64,000 nucleotides of DNA, taken from assembly GCA_947465765.1 (NCBI GenBank), contig CANIAP010000001.1:9349-73348 (forward strand). The letters run 5' to 3'. The stretch is from a bacterium (GTDB lineage: Bacteria > Margulisbacteria > Marinamargulisbacteria > SXXA01). The translations under genes were made by a program, and so were the position numbers. The notes below the pieces were generated by a model. That model was not told the DNA's origin. It saw nothing but the letters and a program-made list of their open reading frames with translations, and ran no database searches. Shown one piece after another: positions 1 through 10,031 of this stretch (the first letter of the stretch is position 1; each line of letters begins with the position of its first letter).

Positions 1-1
1 A

Positions 2-289
2 TTTGCGATTGTTCGTCGATTACGGAAAGGACAGCCGATTTTTAGTCCAGATAAAGAACATTTTCATCATCAGTTATTAGCAGCAGGATTAAGCCCCAAG
101 CAAGCGGTGATACTGATTTATACCGCGACTTTTTTGTTGGGACTGATTGCGATTGGGCTCGGATTTTTTGAGGGGATCGCGGCCATTGTATTTTTAATGG
201 TCACCGCCGTCGTTATGATTGGCACGGTCCGCTATTTTCGATGTCGGGCCAATCGCATCCGCCCATTGGTAGATTTAATTTCGGAGTAG
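2..289 (+). CDS. WecA/TagO (MraY-like, GT4 family) undecaprenyl-phosphate GlcNAc-1-phosphate transferase, 5'-truncated by window edge
   Basis: Frame 2 is open from base 2 and reads FAIVRRLRKGQPIFSPDKEHFHHQLLAAGLSPKQAVILIY. This matches the RR...PD..H.HH.L motif of WecA/TagO and is followed by two TM helices. The listed 60-aa ORF is only its tail. Confidence 0.85.
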   Translation, partial: FAIVRRLRKGQPIFSPDKEHFHHQLLAAGLSPKQAVILIYTATFLLGLIAIGLGFFEGIAAIVFLMVTAVVMIGTVRYFRCRANRIRPLVDLISE

Positions 290-307
290 GGTACATTTGG
301 GGGACAT

Positions 308-2401
308 TTATACCGATCGTGCGGCAATAAACGTAATATCGTCGTGGAACGTATTATTAGTATACTGTTTTAACTGAGTGATTAATGCATCACTAAATTC
401 AGTAAGAGGTTGGGTTCTGTGAGAGATCAAACAGTCGGCCAGGCCCGCTTCACCAAATGTCCCATTGGAATATTTGCCATTTTTAGCCGCTTCAGTGATT
501 CCGTCGGTACCGATAAAGAGGATGTCTCCAGGGGCCAGAGATAAGGTTCCTTCTCCAAATTCGGCCAGGGACATCTCTTCGATCATTCCAATTCCAAACG
601 GAAATTGATCAATTTCGACCATTTCTACATTGGGCTGGTCATGCCTCAAAATCATGAGCGATTCGTGCGACCCGCAATAGGAAAACTGGTGTCCGTCGAC
701 GGTATATAACGCGACAATGGTCAGTGGCCGACCTTCATTCAAGCGTTGCATATTTTGGCAGAGGATCCGGTTGGCGTTGTATAACAATTCGGATGGTGTT
801 GATGCCGAGTTGCTCTTTACCAGAGTCGTAATAATGCTCTGAACCATAAACATGACCATAGCGGATCCCACCCCATGGCCAGTGACATCTCCGAGTAGTA
901 TCCAGGTCCCGGTTGGAGTATGGATAATATCGTAGTAATCGCCGCCCATTTCCGTGGCGGGAACCATGAGGCAGGCGAGCTCTAAATTGGGGATACTGGG
1001 GTTGCGGGGGAGTACTTCCGATTGAATGCGTTGGGCGATATTGATCTCCGCTTCGAACCGAGTTTTGCGGAGCCGATTGAGTACGATGCCGATTTGAGTT
1101 CCGAGTAAGGGGAGCAGGCTTTTGTCGTCCGGAGTGAACCGGTTGTGTACCATTTTTTCTCCAAGTAGCAAAATGGCCATCAATTGATCGTTATGCATGC
1201 AGGGGACTACTGCCGCGCACCCAATCGTTTCGAGTATTTTTGTAATTTCAGGTGAATGGGAGGCATAAATGATTTCCGATTTAGCCCCAATGATTTGGAT
1301 CAGTGCATCGGTTTCTGTGAGCCTAATGTCGGAGTGTGTATCCGCCGGAATATAGGGGCCACTGAGTTCTTTTTTTTCGTCAAACCCTTCGGGAATCAAG
1401 AAGGATGACCATCGGATTTCTATGTCTTGAGTCAGATGAATTTCCAGCGCGGTGACGACCTCGGAGATACTGGCGCATCTTGAAAATCGGTTCGTAAATT
1501 TAGTGAGAACCTCGCGATAGTCATAGGTGCCTTTAAGGAATTTTTTTTTGGCTTCGGTTTGTATCCAGAGTCTGATTTTCGGCAACAGCCAAGCGCTTAA
1601 AATTAAATAGCCCAGAGTGGGTGCGATTACCCGTGATGGAAAATCGGTTCCTGTTGCGAATGAATCCATTGCAATAAATAGTAGATACCCGCCTGAAATT
1701 GCGGCCGTACCGATAACCCACGCAACATTTCTGGTTATTATTAAAGATATATCTAATAGATTTAGTTTTGTAATTGCGACAGCGACTAATACTGCGTAGA
1801 TTCCGACTAGTATGTTTCCGGCGGGCGGAATTGGAATGTCCAGCCAGAGAAAATAGTTTGTGGAACCCCCAGTAAATGCAATTAATGTGGTAACAAACAT
1901 AAATAAGTACCGATTGCTTTTGGTCGCCCGATATTTTTTGTATAAGAGGTAATATCCAAGTAGAACATTAATAAAAAAATATAATAAAAAAAGGGGAAAC
2001 AGTTTGCCTGCGTTTGGCCAATATGGAAAATCCAGTTTTACGCTCACAGAATGGATCATCCATCGTGTAAACATGAGTGGGATAAAAATGAGAACGCAGA
2101 ATGTGTTGATCCGTTTGATCCATTTAAACTGGCTTGCGTCGGCATCGACTATTTCCGCTACCGATAAAAAATAAAATCGAGGAATTAACGTTGCCCCAAC
2201 CATCAAGAGCTCAATTAACCAAATTGCACTTTCACGTGACCCGGCGTACTGCCATCCGACGTAAAAACAACTCCAAAGCGCAATTGCTAAATTGTAGTAC
2301 GAAAATTGCCGGAATCGGGATTTTTTTGAAATGAACAAAATTCCCAACCCTAAGGAAGTGAATAGGTTGATGATTGCGGAAATGGGGTAATAACTACTCA
2401 T
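308..2401 (-). CDS. Membrane sensor phosphatase: N-terminal multi-TM (7TM-type) region, GAF-like domain, SpoIIE/PP2C (RsbU-like) domain
   Basis: About 7-8 hydrophobic segments, then PP2C motifs GGDYYD, LGDVTGHG, TDGITEA and DDIT. Start placed at ATG 2401 because of a TAATG overlap with the upstream stop. Confidence 0.88.
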   Translation of the reverse strand: MSSYYPISAIINLFTSLGLGILFISKKSRFRQFSYYNLAIALWSCFYVGWQYAGSRESAIWLIELLMVGATLIPRFYFLSVAEIVDADASQFKWIKRINTFCVLIFIPLMFTRWMIHSVSVKLDFPYWPNAGKLFPLFLLYFFINVLLGYYLLYKKYRATKSNRYLFMFVTTLIAFTGGSTNYFLWLDIPIPPAGNILVGIYAVLVAVAITKLNLLDISLIITRNVAWVIGTAAISGGYLLFIAMDSFATGTDFPSRVIAPTLGYLILSAWLLPKIRLWIQTEAKKKFLKGTYDYREVLTKFTNRFSRCASISEVVTALEIHLTQDIEIRWSSFLIPEGFDEKKELSGPYIPADTHSDIRLTETDALIQIIGAKSEIIYASHSPEITKILETIGCAAVVPCMHNDQLMAILLLGEKMVHNRFTPDDKSLLPLLGTQIGIVLNRLRKTRFEAEINIAQRIQSEVLPRNPSIPNLELACLMVPATEMGGDYYDIIHTPTGTWILLGDVTGHGVGSAMVMFMVQSIITTLVKSNSASTPSELLYNANRILCQNMQRLNEGRPLTIVALYTVDGHQFSYCGSHESLMILRHDQPNVEMVEIDQFPFGIGMIEEMSLAEFGEGTLSLAPGDILFIGTDGITEAAKNGKYSNGTFGEAGLADCLISHRTQPLTEFSDALITQLKQYTNNTFHDDITFIAARSV

Positions 2402-3615
2402 TAAGTGTTGTTTTTTGTGACCTCCAAATACCAAATGCATTCATTACAGCCTCGGTATAGTCGGATTTCACCGACCTGATTTTCAGGAAGTAATTTACAA
2501 AGGGAATACATGTCGGGGCTGTCTCTTACGATTAATTCCCAGTCCATGACGGTTTCCATATATCCGATATCAGGGTTACGAGAAGTAAAGTTGGTGACGA
2601 GTAATTTGCCGCCATGATTGAGACGGCTAAACATCAATTGGAGGGTTGTTTGCGCAAGATTTTCTGACAGGTAGTCAAATAATCCAAGCGCGTAAAAGAA
2701 ATCAGCGTTGGCGGTTTCTGCGTAATGTTTCCCCTTGAGTAAAGCGGCGACATTGCTATTAATACAAGTAACGTTTAGCTCGGGGTAATTAATTTGAAGA
2801 AAATTTAAACTTAATGGATCTTGGTCAATCGCAATGATGCGGGCAGTTTGGTTTGCCGTAAACTTTGTAATATGTTGGATTTCTCTCAGGTGGCCACAGG
2901 CGAGGGCTACAATTTTGGCCTCTGGTTTTTGGGCTATAATCTCGGAAATTTTTGTAGCTGCAAGTCGCAACCGTTCTCTGACAGCGACAGCTGAGGGCCG
3001 TGAGGTAATTATGTCTAACACAGTTCGCTGCATTCTTGTGAATGAGCCGTAGTTTTCGTTTAGCCGATATAAGAAATCGATAAGCTCTGCGTCCCCAGGA
3101 TAGCCTCTCGGTTTTGAAAAGCTATGTAGTGTACAGGGATCTTCATGAAGAATACGACAAATCGGGTGCTGTAAAATGAGTCCTTTGATGGTGTTTTTCC
3201 AGACTTCTTTTGGAAATTGTCGCCGGGCGTCGTCTAATGTTCCGAATACCTCTGAGATGTTTTCTGTAGATATCGAAGACGCTTTGGAGCTGAACCTATT
3301 CTGTAGCGTATTCAGTGCCGTTATGAACCTGTCCAAATCGGGTTCGTCTGGTATAAATCGATCGGTACCCTCAATTAAAATATCGGCGATAGTGGATAGG
3401 GGTTCAATCCGGGATACGGAGGTTACCGTTTGAACCACTAACGATTCTCTCATGTTTTGAAGCTTGGAAAATTTTAAAAACGGATCTGTTTTGGGTTCGT
3501 TTGTTTTCAGAGCAGGTAACGAAATCCCTTGATTTATCAATGAATTTCTGGGCTCGACGGCACGTTCAACAAGTACGGGAGCCTTTTTTACAAGGCGAAC
3601 GTCAACTTTAGGCAT
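2401..3615 (-). CDS. Class I SAM-dependent methyltransferase, PhcB-like
   Basis: KPRGYPGD motif, SAM-binding region ALACGHLRE...AIDQD and LGLFDYL. The PhcB-like family call is from motif recall. Confidence 0.7.
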   Translation of the reverse strand: MPKVDVRLVKKAPVLVERAVEPRNSLINQGISLPALKTNEPKTDPFLKFSKLQNMRESLVVQTVTSVSRIEPLSTIADILIEGTDRFIPDEPDLDRFITALNTLQNRFSSKASSISTENISEVFGTLDDARRQFPKEVWKNTIKGLILQHPICRILHEDPCTLHSFSKPRGYPGDAELIDFLYRLNENYGSFTRMQRTVLDIITSRPSAVAVRERLRLAATKISEIIAQKPEAKIVALACGHLREIQHITKFTANQTARIIAIDQDPLSLNFLQINYPELNVTCINSNVAALLKGKHYAETANADFFYALGLFDYLSENLAQTTLQLMFSRLNHGGKLLVTNFTSRNPDIGYMETVMDWELIVRDSPDMYSLCKLLPENQVGEIRLYRGCNECIWYLEVTKNNT

Positions 3616-3695
3616 GCGACACCATCCTTTGAGTATTCGGGTTGGTTAAGGGGGTTTAGTGATTATAGCGAGCTCGACGCCGAAAGGAAATCTCC

Positions 3696-4778
3696 CTACT
3701 TCACCATCCGCCGAGCCTGAGACGCCAATCGCTGATTAATGATCGGAACGCAGTAGGGATTTTTGACCAAGGCGGTCGCCATTCCCACTATCGTTGCGCC
3801 ATGATCCATAATCGCTTCCACCTGGCTGGCGGTTGAAATTCCACCCGTCGCGATCAGTGGAACCCCACTATTCGATAGTAACTTAACCATTTCAAGCGTC
3901 CGTGGAAACAATCCGGTCCCACTATATCCACCGCCGCCTATTGATATCGCATTTGTGGCCAGTCCCACTTGTTCGCAAGTGCGGTATCTCGTATTTCCTA
4001 CGTTGATAAACGTGCGGTCGTGGGATCGGATTAGCTCTGCAAATAATAGAAGTTGGGCGTTGTCCTGATCTGGAGATAGTTTTACCCCGACCACAGCATG
4101 GGTTTCTGCCCGAATTGTTTTAAGTAAACCGTCTAATAGTTGCGGATTTTTCAGCATATCTTGGCCTTCATGGGTGTTGGGGCAAGAGATATTGATTTCG
4201 TAATAATGAGGAGTCTCCCGGGCGTTGAAAAAATCTCGGAAACTTCTAAATGTATCGATATACTCTTCGACCGAATTGCCGCCTAAACTAATTCCTGTAG
4301 GGCGTCTGAACTTGAGTACGGACGATTTGGGGAGTTGCGCAATTATTTTTTCTGCGCCTTTTCCGGGGAGCCCCATGGCGTTTAAAAGGCCCTCCATTCC
4401 CGGTAATGTGACTTCTTGGAGTCGCGGTCGAGGGTTTCCTTCGCGTTCGTAAGGCATTAACGTTTTGAGGGTGCATCCGCCCATTCCGAAGTTCATCCAA
4501 AAGGACAATATATGAAGATCATCTTTAAAAGCGGCGATCGTTAAGGGTGACGGGAAATAAAGGTCATGAAGCTGAACGCCAATGCTTTCAGGAACTCGGA
4601 ATGAAAAAAGAATCGGGGACAAGAATAGCTGCACCGACTTGATGAGCCGATCGCCCTTTTCGACCACTTCTTCTAAGTCGATAGGGTTCCGATGTCGGGC
4701 CTGATTTTTATATGTTCGTTGAATTATCCAATTGCGAAAGGTCGTGTATCCAACGGAACAGAGCTGTGCGCGAAACAT
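3696..4778 (-). CDS. pyrD: Dihydroorotate dehydrogenase
   Basis: Motifs EGNPRPRL, LLNAMGLPG, EINISCPN, VKLSPD, GGYSG and IATGGI. Confidence 0.85.
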   Translation of the reverse strand: MFRAQLCSVGYTTFRNWIIQRTYKNQARHRNPIDLEEVVEKGDRLIKSVQLFLSPILFSFRVPESIGVQLHDLYFPSPLTIAAFKDDLHILSFWMNFGMGGCTLKTLMPYEREGNPRPRLQEVTLPGMEGLLNAMGLPGKGAEKIIAQLPKSSVLKFRRPTGISLGGNSVEEYIDTFRSFRDFFNARETPHYYEINISCPNTHEGQDMLKNPQLLDGLLKTIRAETHAVVGVKLSPDQDNAQLLLFAELIRSHDRTFINVGNTRYRTCEQVGLATNAISIGGGGYSGTGLFPRTLEMVKLLSNSGVPLIATGGISTASQVEAIMDHGATIVGMATALVKNPYCVPIINQRLASQARRMVK

Positions 4779-4826
4779 AGCGGTAGCTTATCACAGAACG
4801 ACGGTGATTTGGAGTTGCGGCTTGGG

Positions 4827-5918
4827 CTATTGGCCGGACAGCCGATTTAATAAATAAATTCCAAAACCACCCACGACGATATTGGGAGTCCATGCCGCTA
4901 AAACGGGGGGTAGGGTATGTGATAAACCAAGGCCCATTCCAAAGCTTAAAAGAATGTAATACACCAAAATTACGACAATACTGATGCCTAATCCAATCGT
5001 TGACGTGCTTCGGTGTGGGCGAAGCCCCACGGATGCGCCCAAAACCGAAAAAATGAGGCAGGCAAATGGAACTGCAAATTTGAGGTGAAAGTTCATTTGG
5101 TCGATAATGGGGTCTTGACCTAATTTTTTTTGGAGTTCGATGGCCTTCTTGAGTTCTAAACTATTCATTTCTTCAATTTTTTTCTTCCGGCTACTGAGGT
5201 CGATGGGATTAAGTGCGATGTCGATGGTTTCTTCTTCAAATTGGACGACGGTTAATCTGCGGATTTCGTCTTTAGGGAAGCTGTGCATAATGCCATCTTT
5301 GAATTTCCATCCGCCATCTCGTAACCAAGTTCCCGATTGCGCACGAATAATTCGACTGAGGTGGCCACTATCAAATTCGGCAACGGTAACATTTTTCAGC
5401 GTCCCTTTATCGAGGGATTGGACATTGATAATTCGGCTGGGGACGCCGTCGGAATATTCTGTGAAGTTGATGTTTTCTTTGATCGTGGGCTGGTTCCGCT
5501 CGGAGAAACTGCGGAGAAGCATTTCTCCTGAGGCGGTGGCTCTGGGAACGATCAGTTCATTAAATGCGATAGTGACGAGGCTAATCACGAGCCCTGCGGC
5601 AAGTATGGGTATCACTAGTCGTTGGAATCCGACACCGCTCGCCCGAAAAGCTAAGAGCTCGCCGTCCGAGCTGAGTCGTCCAAAGGTTAAAATAGTGGCG
5701 AGCAACGTGGACATCGGAAAGGACAGCACTACGACATAGGGTAACTTGTAGAAAAATAATTGGATAAATTCCAGAATGGGGATCTGGTATCGAATGACAT
5801 CGCCGATCAGTGCAAAGAGTACGGTGCTTCCCGCCAAGATCGATGTGAACGCCGCAATTCCGAAAAAAAACGGGCCGATGAGTTCTTTGATCAGATAGCG
5901 GTCAACCAGCTTAATCAC
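4827..5918 (-). CDS. LptF/LptG family LPS export permease
   Basis: DRYLIKEL...FFFGI start, GRLSSDGELLAFRASG motif, 3+3 TM layout, C-terminal AAWTPN. Coupled to lptB. Confidence 0.9.
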   Translation of the reverse strand: MIKLVDRYLIKELIGPFFFGIAAFTSILAGSTVLFALIGDVIRYQIPILEFIQLFFYKLPYVVVLSFPMSTLLATILTFGRLSSDGELLAFRASGVGFQRLVIPILAAGLVISLVTIAFNELIVPRATASGEMLLRSFSERNQPTIKENINFTEYSDGVPSRIINVQSLDKGTLKNVTVAEFDSGHLSRIIRAQSGTWLRDGGWKFKDGIMHSFPKDEIRRLTVVQFEEETIDIALNPIDLSSRKKKIEEMNSLELKKAIELQKKLGQDPIIDQMNFHLKFAVPFACLIFSVLGASVGLRPHRSTSTIGLGISIVVILVYYILLSFGMGLGLSHTLPPVLAAWTPNIVVGGFGIYLLNRLSGQ

Positions 5919-6634
5919 AGGCTAAAATTTTCTCCAAGGTACATTTTTTTTGCCAGAGGATTATGAGCGACTTCGGCAGACGTTCCTGATAGCAGAAGTT
6001 CCCCTTGATGGATAATATACGCCCGATCCGTGATGGTCAGCGTTTCTCTCACGTTATGATCCGTAATAATGATCCCAAGGTTTTTGGCCTTTAGTTTTTG
6101 GATAATTCCTTGAATTTCATGGACTGCGATTGGATCAATCCCAGCGAAGGGTTCATCCAGAAGAATAAAGGATGGATTTGTGGCCAATGCTCTCATGATT
6201 TCAACCCGGCGTCGTTCGCCACCGGACAGCTCTATGCCTCGTGACTTTCGAATATGCTGGAGTCCCATTTCGTCGAGCAATTCATCAAGGCGGCTGGCAT
6301 ACTGAGATTTAGGGATTGTTTCCACCAATTCCCATAACATAATGATATTTTCTTCGACCGTTAATTTTTTGAAGATGGATGATTCTTGGGGAAGATACCC
6401 GAGTCCCCGTCGCGCACGCTGGTACATTGGCATTTTAGTAATGTCCTCGTCCCCTAAAAAGACCTTGCCCTGGTCAGGTTTTACGAGACCGATAATCATA
6501 TAAAATGTGGTGGTTTTTCCTGCGCCGTTGGGCCCAAGTAGACCCACAATCTCTCCCTTTTTCATTTCGATGGAGATTTGATTGACGACTTTTCGGTTAT
6601 GGTAACTTTTAACGAGGGCTTCTGTGCGAATCAT
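5915..6634 (-). CDS. lptB: LPS export ABC transporter ATP-binding protein
   Basis: GLLGPNGAGKTTTFY, GYLPQE, LSGGERRRVEI, LLDEPFAGIDP, ITDHNVRETL, and C-terminal YLGENFSL. Confidence 0.95.
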   Translation of the reverse strand: MIRTEALVKSYHNRKVVNQISIEMKKGEIVGLLGPNGAGKTTTFYMIIGLVKPDQGKVFLGDEDITKMPMYQRARRGLGYLPQESSIFKKLTVEENIIMLWELVETIPKSQYASRLDELLDEMGLQHIRKSRGIELSGGERRRVEIMRALATNPSFILLDEPFAGIDPIAVHEIQGIIQKLKAKNLGIIITDHNVRETLTITDRAYIIHQGELLLSGTSAEVAHNPLAKKMYLGENFSL

Positions 6635-7689
6635 ATCCAGTGAAAGGAGGGGGTTTCCGGGGTTTCAAATTTCGCCATTTGAGTTCCATTGACGTATTCT
6701 TCAGACCGAATCGAATTGGATACGGACAGGGTGTCGAGGGTGTCCCTAATACGTTTTGCTGATTCGATAATTTCGCTTACGACTGGACGTTCCTCGTGGG
6801 TGACCCGTTTGGATAATGCCTGGGCACCAATCAATATTCCGGTTAGGGGGCTTCTCATCTCATGATGGAGGGTGACATAGATCTTGCTTAAAAGGGATTT
6901 TTCATTCCGTGAATCGGGCGCCTCAGCGGGGGCATTTTGGGAGGGTGACGTTAGGCCAAGGGGCTGTGGGGGTCGCGTTATAGGCTTCGTTGGCATCAGT
7001 CGTTGAATTCTAAATCGAAGTTCTGGAGCGCTTAAAGGGTGGGTTATGAAATCCGTACATTGTCGTATATAGGGTCCAATGGCGAGGGGGCTTAATCGTG
7101 AATCAACGATAGCTAATGTTTTGAGGCCCTTATTTCGTTCCAACGCGTCCATGACAGTTTCACGGTTTAGCGGGGGTAACGAGGTGTCAATAATAGCGAG
7201 ATCTGGTTTTAATTCAGAGACGATTGCGTCTAATTGCTTGTCAGTGTCTAGTAGCGTCAATGAATACCCCATTGATTCGATCATCTGTTGGATCGGTGGG
7301 GTAATGGCATTGGACGTATCGAGTATTAGTATTTTCCCGATTATGGGTTTTCGATATTTTTCAAGGCGAAATAACAACGCGGTTTCATCGAAGGGCTTGA
7401 ATAAATAGTCGACCAACGCGTCATGGGACGGGCTGAGGGCCGGAATCGGCTGGTCATGTTCCAACATAATCGTTATCGGTAGGGGGCGTGGTACGGATTG
7501 GATTTGGAGTAAAAAATCTTGGGCCAGGAGTCCGTCGATCATCACAACGTCGTAGGGCTGGGTGGTGAGATATAATAGGGCTTCTTTGATTGTCGTCGTG
7601 TCGGTGACGGTGTAGCCCGCCTGAGTGCCCGTCCATTTGACGAGGCCCCGTGCACTTTCTGATGGGTCAATAATAAGTATGGATTTCAT
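6631..7689 (-). CDS. Two receiver domains plus a C-terminal HisKA (DHp) segment, no ATPase domain
   Basis: REC1 (ILIID...VMIDG...FKPF), REC2 (ILILD...PDLAIID...THP) and H-box HHEMRSPLTGI. The protein ends about 75 aa after the H-box. Confidence 0.75.
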   Translation of the reverse strand: MKSILIIDPSESARGLVKWTGTQAGYTVTDTTTIKEALLYLTTQPYDVVMIDGLLAQDFLLQIQSVPRPLPITIMLEHDQPIPALSPSHDALVDYLFKPFDETALLFRLEKYRKPIIGKILILDTSNAITPPIQQMIESMGYSLTLLDTDKQLDAIVSELKPDLAIIDTSLPPLNRETVMDALERNKGLKTLAIVDSRLSPLAIGPYIRQCTDFITHPLSAPELRFRIQRLMPTKPITRPPQPLGLTSPSQNAPAEAPDSRNEKSLLSKIYVTLHHEMRSPLTGILIGAQALSKRVTHEERPVVSEIIESAKRIRDTLDTLSVSNSIRSEEYVNGTQMAKFETPETPSFHWI

Positions 7690-7692
7690 GGG

Positions 7693-8487
7693 TTATGGGG
7701 TGGTTAGGTCAACGCGGACGATATCAATAGCGGTTCCGGTTTCACGATCAATCCTTATTTTAACGGCATTTAGCATTTTTTCAACACTTTTTGACGGGGT
7801 GAATTGACCCGGGAGTTGGGTTCTCAACTTCTTGATACTCATTTCAATTTCCATTCCTAAAATACTCCGTTTTGCGCCAGTCATCCCCAAGTCGCTGACG
7901 TAGGCCGTCGCACCTTCTAGAATAGTGGCATCCGCGGTGGCGACATGGGTGTGGGTTCCGACGACCGCGCTCACTTGTCCCGCAAAATTCCAGCCAATGG
8001 CTTGTTTCTCTGAGGTGGCTTCGGCATGAAAATCGATGATGATGACGGGCGTCTTTTTTCGGACTTCCGCGATTGTGGCTTCTAATACCTGGAATGGGCA
8101 ATCGGCGAGGCCCATGAATACGCGACCAATGGCATTAATAACCGCCACTAACGTTGGGCCGACTTGGAAGTAGATTACGCCGCGGCCGGGGTGATTTCCA
8201 GGGAAATTAATAGGACGTAGTAGTCGGGGCATGCGATCAAACTGTTCGAGAATATCGCGTTTACTATAGATGTGATTTCCAGAGGTGCAGATATCCACGC
8301 CAGCGCGCATGAGTTCATCGTAAATGGTTGGGGTGACGCCGAAGCCCCCCGCCGCATTTTCGGAGTTGGCAATGGTGAGGTCAATCGAGTGGAGGGCCTT
8401 TAAATGGGCGACATGGTCCCGGATCATATGACGTCCGGGACTTCCGACGATATCGCCGATGCATAATACGTTGAGTATTGGGCTCAT
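7693..8487 (-). CDS. ymdB: YmdB-family metallophosphoesterase
   Basis: GDIVGSPG, ENAAGG, TSGNH, DFHAEATSEK and GTHTHV motifs. Directly after rny. Confidence 0.92.
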   Translation of the reverse strand: MSPILNVLCIGDIVGSPGRHMIRDHVAHLKALHSIDLTIANSENAAGGFGVTPTIYDELMRAGVDICTSGNHIYSKRDILEQFDRMPRLLRPINFPGNHPGRGVIYFQVGPTLVAVINAIGRVFMGLADCPFQVLEATIAEVRKKTPVIIIDFHAEATSEKQAIGWNFAGQVSAVVGTHTHVATADATILEGATAYVSDLGMTGAKRSILGMEIEMSIKKLRTQLPGQFTPSKSVEKMLNAVKIRIDRETGTAIDIVRVDLTTP

Positions 8488-10025
8488 TACCGAGCGACGC
8501 TAGATGCCCGTGTTTCGCGAATAATGGACACCCGTACTTCGCCCGGATAATCGAGGTCCGCTTCGATTTTTTTGGCCATGTCGAATGCGAGTTTTTGAAT
8601 TGCGGGGTCATCCACTTCGTCGGGTTTTACGACGACGCGGATCTCTCTTCCTGCCTGAATTGCGTAGGCTTTGTCGACGCCCTCAAAGGTATAAGCGATG
8701 CTTTCCAGTTTCTCAAGTCGCTTGACATAGGTTTCCATGGACTCTCTCCGGGCACCGGGTCGAACGGCAGAGATGGCATCTGCCATTTTGACTAGAATGG
8801 CTTCAATGGTGTCCGGATCTTCGTCTTCATGGTGGGCCATAATACAATTGATAACTTCTTCTGATTCGCCATATTTTTCGCAAATTTCTTTTCCAAGGTC
8901 ATCATGAGATCCGCCCGTTTCAAAGTCGATGGCTTTTCCGATGTCATGGAGCATCGCACCCCGTTTTGCAAGGGAGACATTTACTTTTAATTCTTCCGCC
9001 ATGATTCCCGCGATATGGGCGGCTTCGAGCGTATGTGCCAAGATGTTTTGACCATAGGAAGTGCGGTAGTGCAACTTTCCTAATAATTCAATGATTTTAG
9101 GATGGAATTGGAGTCCGATTTCGTCGGCGGCACGTTCCCCTTTTTCCCGGATAATTTCCTGAATTTCTTTTTTTGATTTTTCAACGGCTTCTTCAATTTT
9201 TGCCGGCTGAATTCTTCCGTCGGACGTGAGCTTTTGAAGGGCAAGGCGGGCGATTTCCCGGCGTATTGGGTCAAAAGAGGACAAGATAACGGCACCTGGA
9301 GTGTCGTCGATAATCACATCGACACCGGTCATGGCTTCGAATGCACGTATATTACGTCCTTCACGGCCGATAATCCGACCCTTGAGTTCGTCGTCGGGGA
9401 GTTGGACTACGGAAGTGGTTGCCGAAGTGACGTGATCAATTGCGGTGCGCTGAATGGCATCCGTCACGATTTCTTTGGCTCTCCGATTGGCTATTTTTCG
9501 GGCTTGATCCTCAATGTCCTTAATCATTCGGCCGGCCCGTTGACGGACTTCTCGTTCTACGTTGGATAACAGGATTTGCTTGGCTTCTTCAGATGAAAAT
9601 CCGGCGGCTTGTTCAAGTTTTTCTGAGAGGCTTTGAATCAAGGTCTCATGTTTTTTTTTGAGTTGCTTGGCTTTTTCGATTTCAGAGTTGAGTTGGTCTT
9701 CTTTCTCCGTAATCCGTTGGTCGCGCTGATCGAGATGTTTCTCTTTTTGCATGACCCGATTTTCAATTTGGGAAACGGCTTGGCGTCGGGTTTTGACCTC
9801 TTCGTCAAGACTGCCTCGAGATTTGGCTACTATTTCTTGAGCATCTGAATTGGCTCTGGATAAGATTCGTTGAGTGTCTTTGGCTGCTTGGTCGATGCTT
9901 TGTTTGGCCTTTGCTTCAGCGGTCTGAACGATCTGATCCGCAGATGCCTTTCGTGTTTTGTATAGAACAGCAAGTCCGCTGCCGCCCAATAGTAGGATGA
10001 CGGCAATCAAGATGAATTGGGGCAT
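8487..10025 (-). CDS. rny: Ribonuclease Y
   Basis: N-terminal TM, coiled coil, KH domain (KGRIIGREGRNIR), HD domain (LHDIGKA), and RPGARRES. Confidence 0.96.
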   Translation of the reverse strand: MPQFILIAVILLLGGSGLAVLYKTRKASADQIVQTAEAKAKQSIDQAAKDTQRILSRANSDAQEIVAKSRGSLDEEVKTRRQAVSQIENRVMQKEKHLDQRDQRITEKEDQLNSEIEKAKQLKKKHETLIQSLSEKLEQAAGFSSEEAKQILLSNVEREVRQRAGRMIKDIEDQARKIANRRAKEIVTDAIQRTAIDHVTSATTSVVQLPDDELKGRIIGREGRNIRAFEAMTGVDVIIDDTPGAVILSSFDPIRREIARLALQKLTSDGRIQPAKIEEAVEKSKKEIQEIIREKGERAADEIGLQFHPKIIELLGKLHYRTSYGQNILAHTLEAAHIAGIMAEELKVNVSLAKRGAMLHDIGKAIDFETGGSHDDLGKEICEKYGESEEVINCIMAHHEDEDPDTIEAILVKMADAISAVRPGARRESMETYVKRLEKLESIAYTFEGVDKAYAIQAGREIRVVVKPDEVDDPAIQKLAFDMAKKIEADLDYPGEVRVSIIRETRASSVAR

Positions 10026-10031
10026 TTTGGT

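Noticed and set aside
107-289. 60-aa small membrane protein in the ORF track
   Set aside because: It is the in-frame tail of a WecA/TagO gene that begins before the window.
5140-5739. Long antisense ORFs (e.g. 5140-5739, 24384-24869, 48225-48755, 49556-50137, 62771-63184)
   Set aside because: They are shadows of well-supported genes on the opposite strand, with no motifs of their own.
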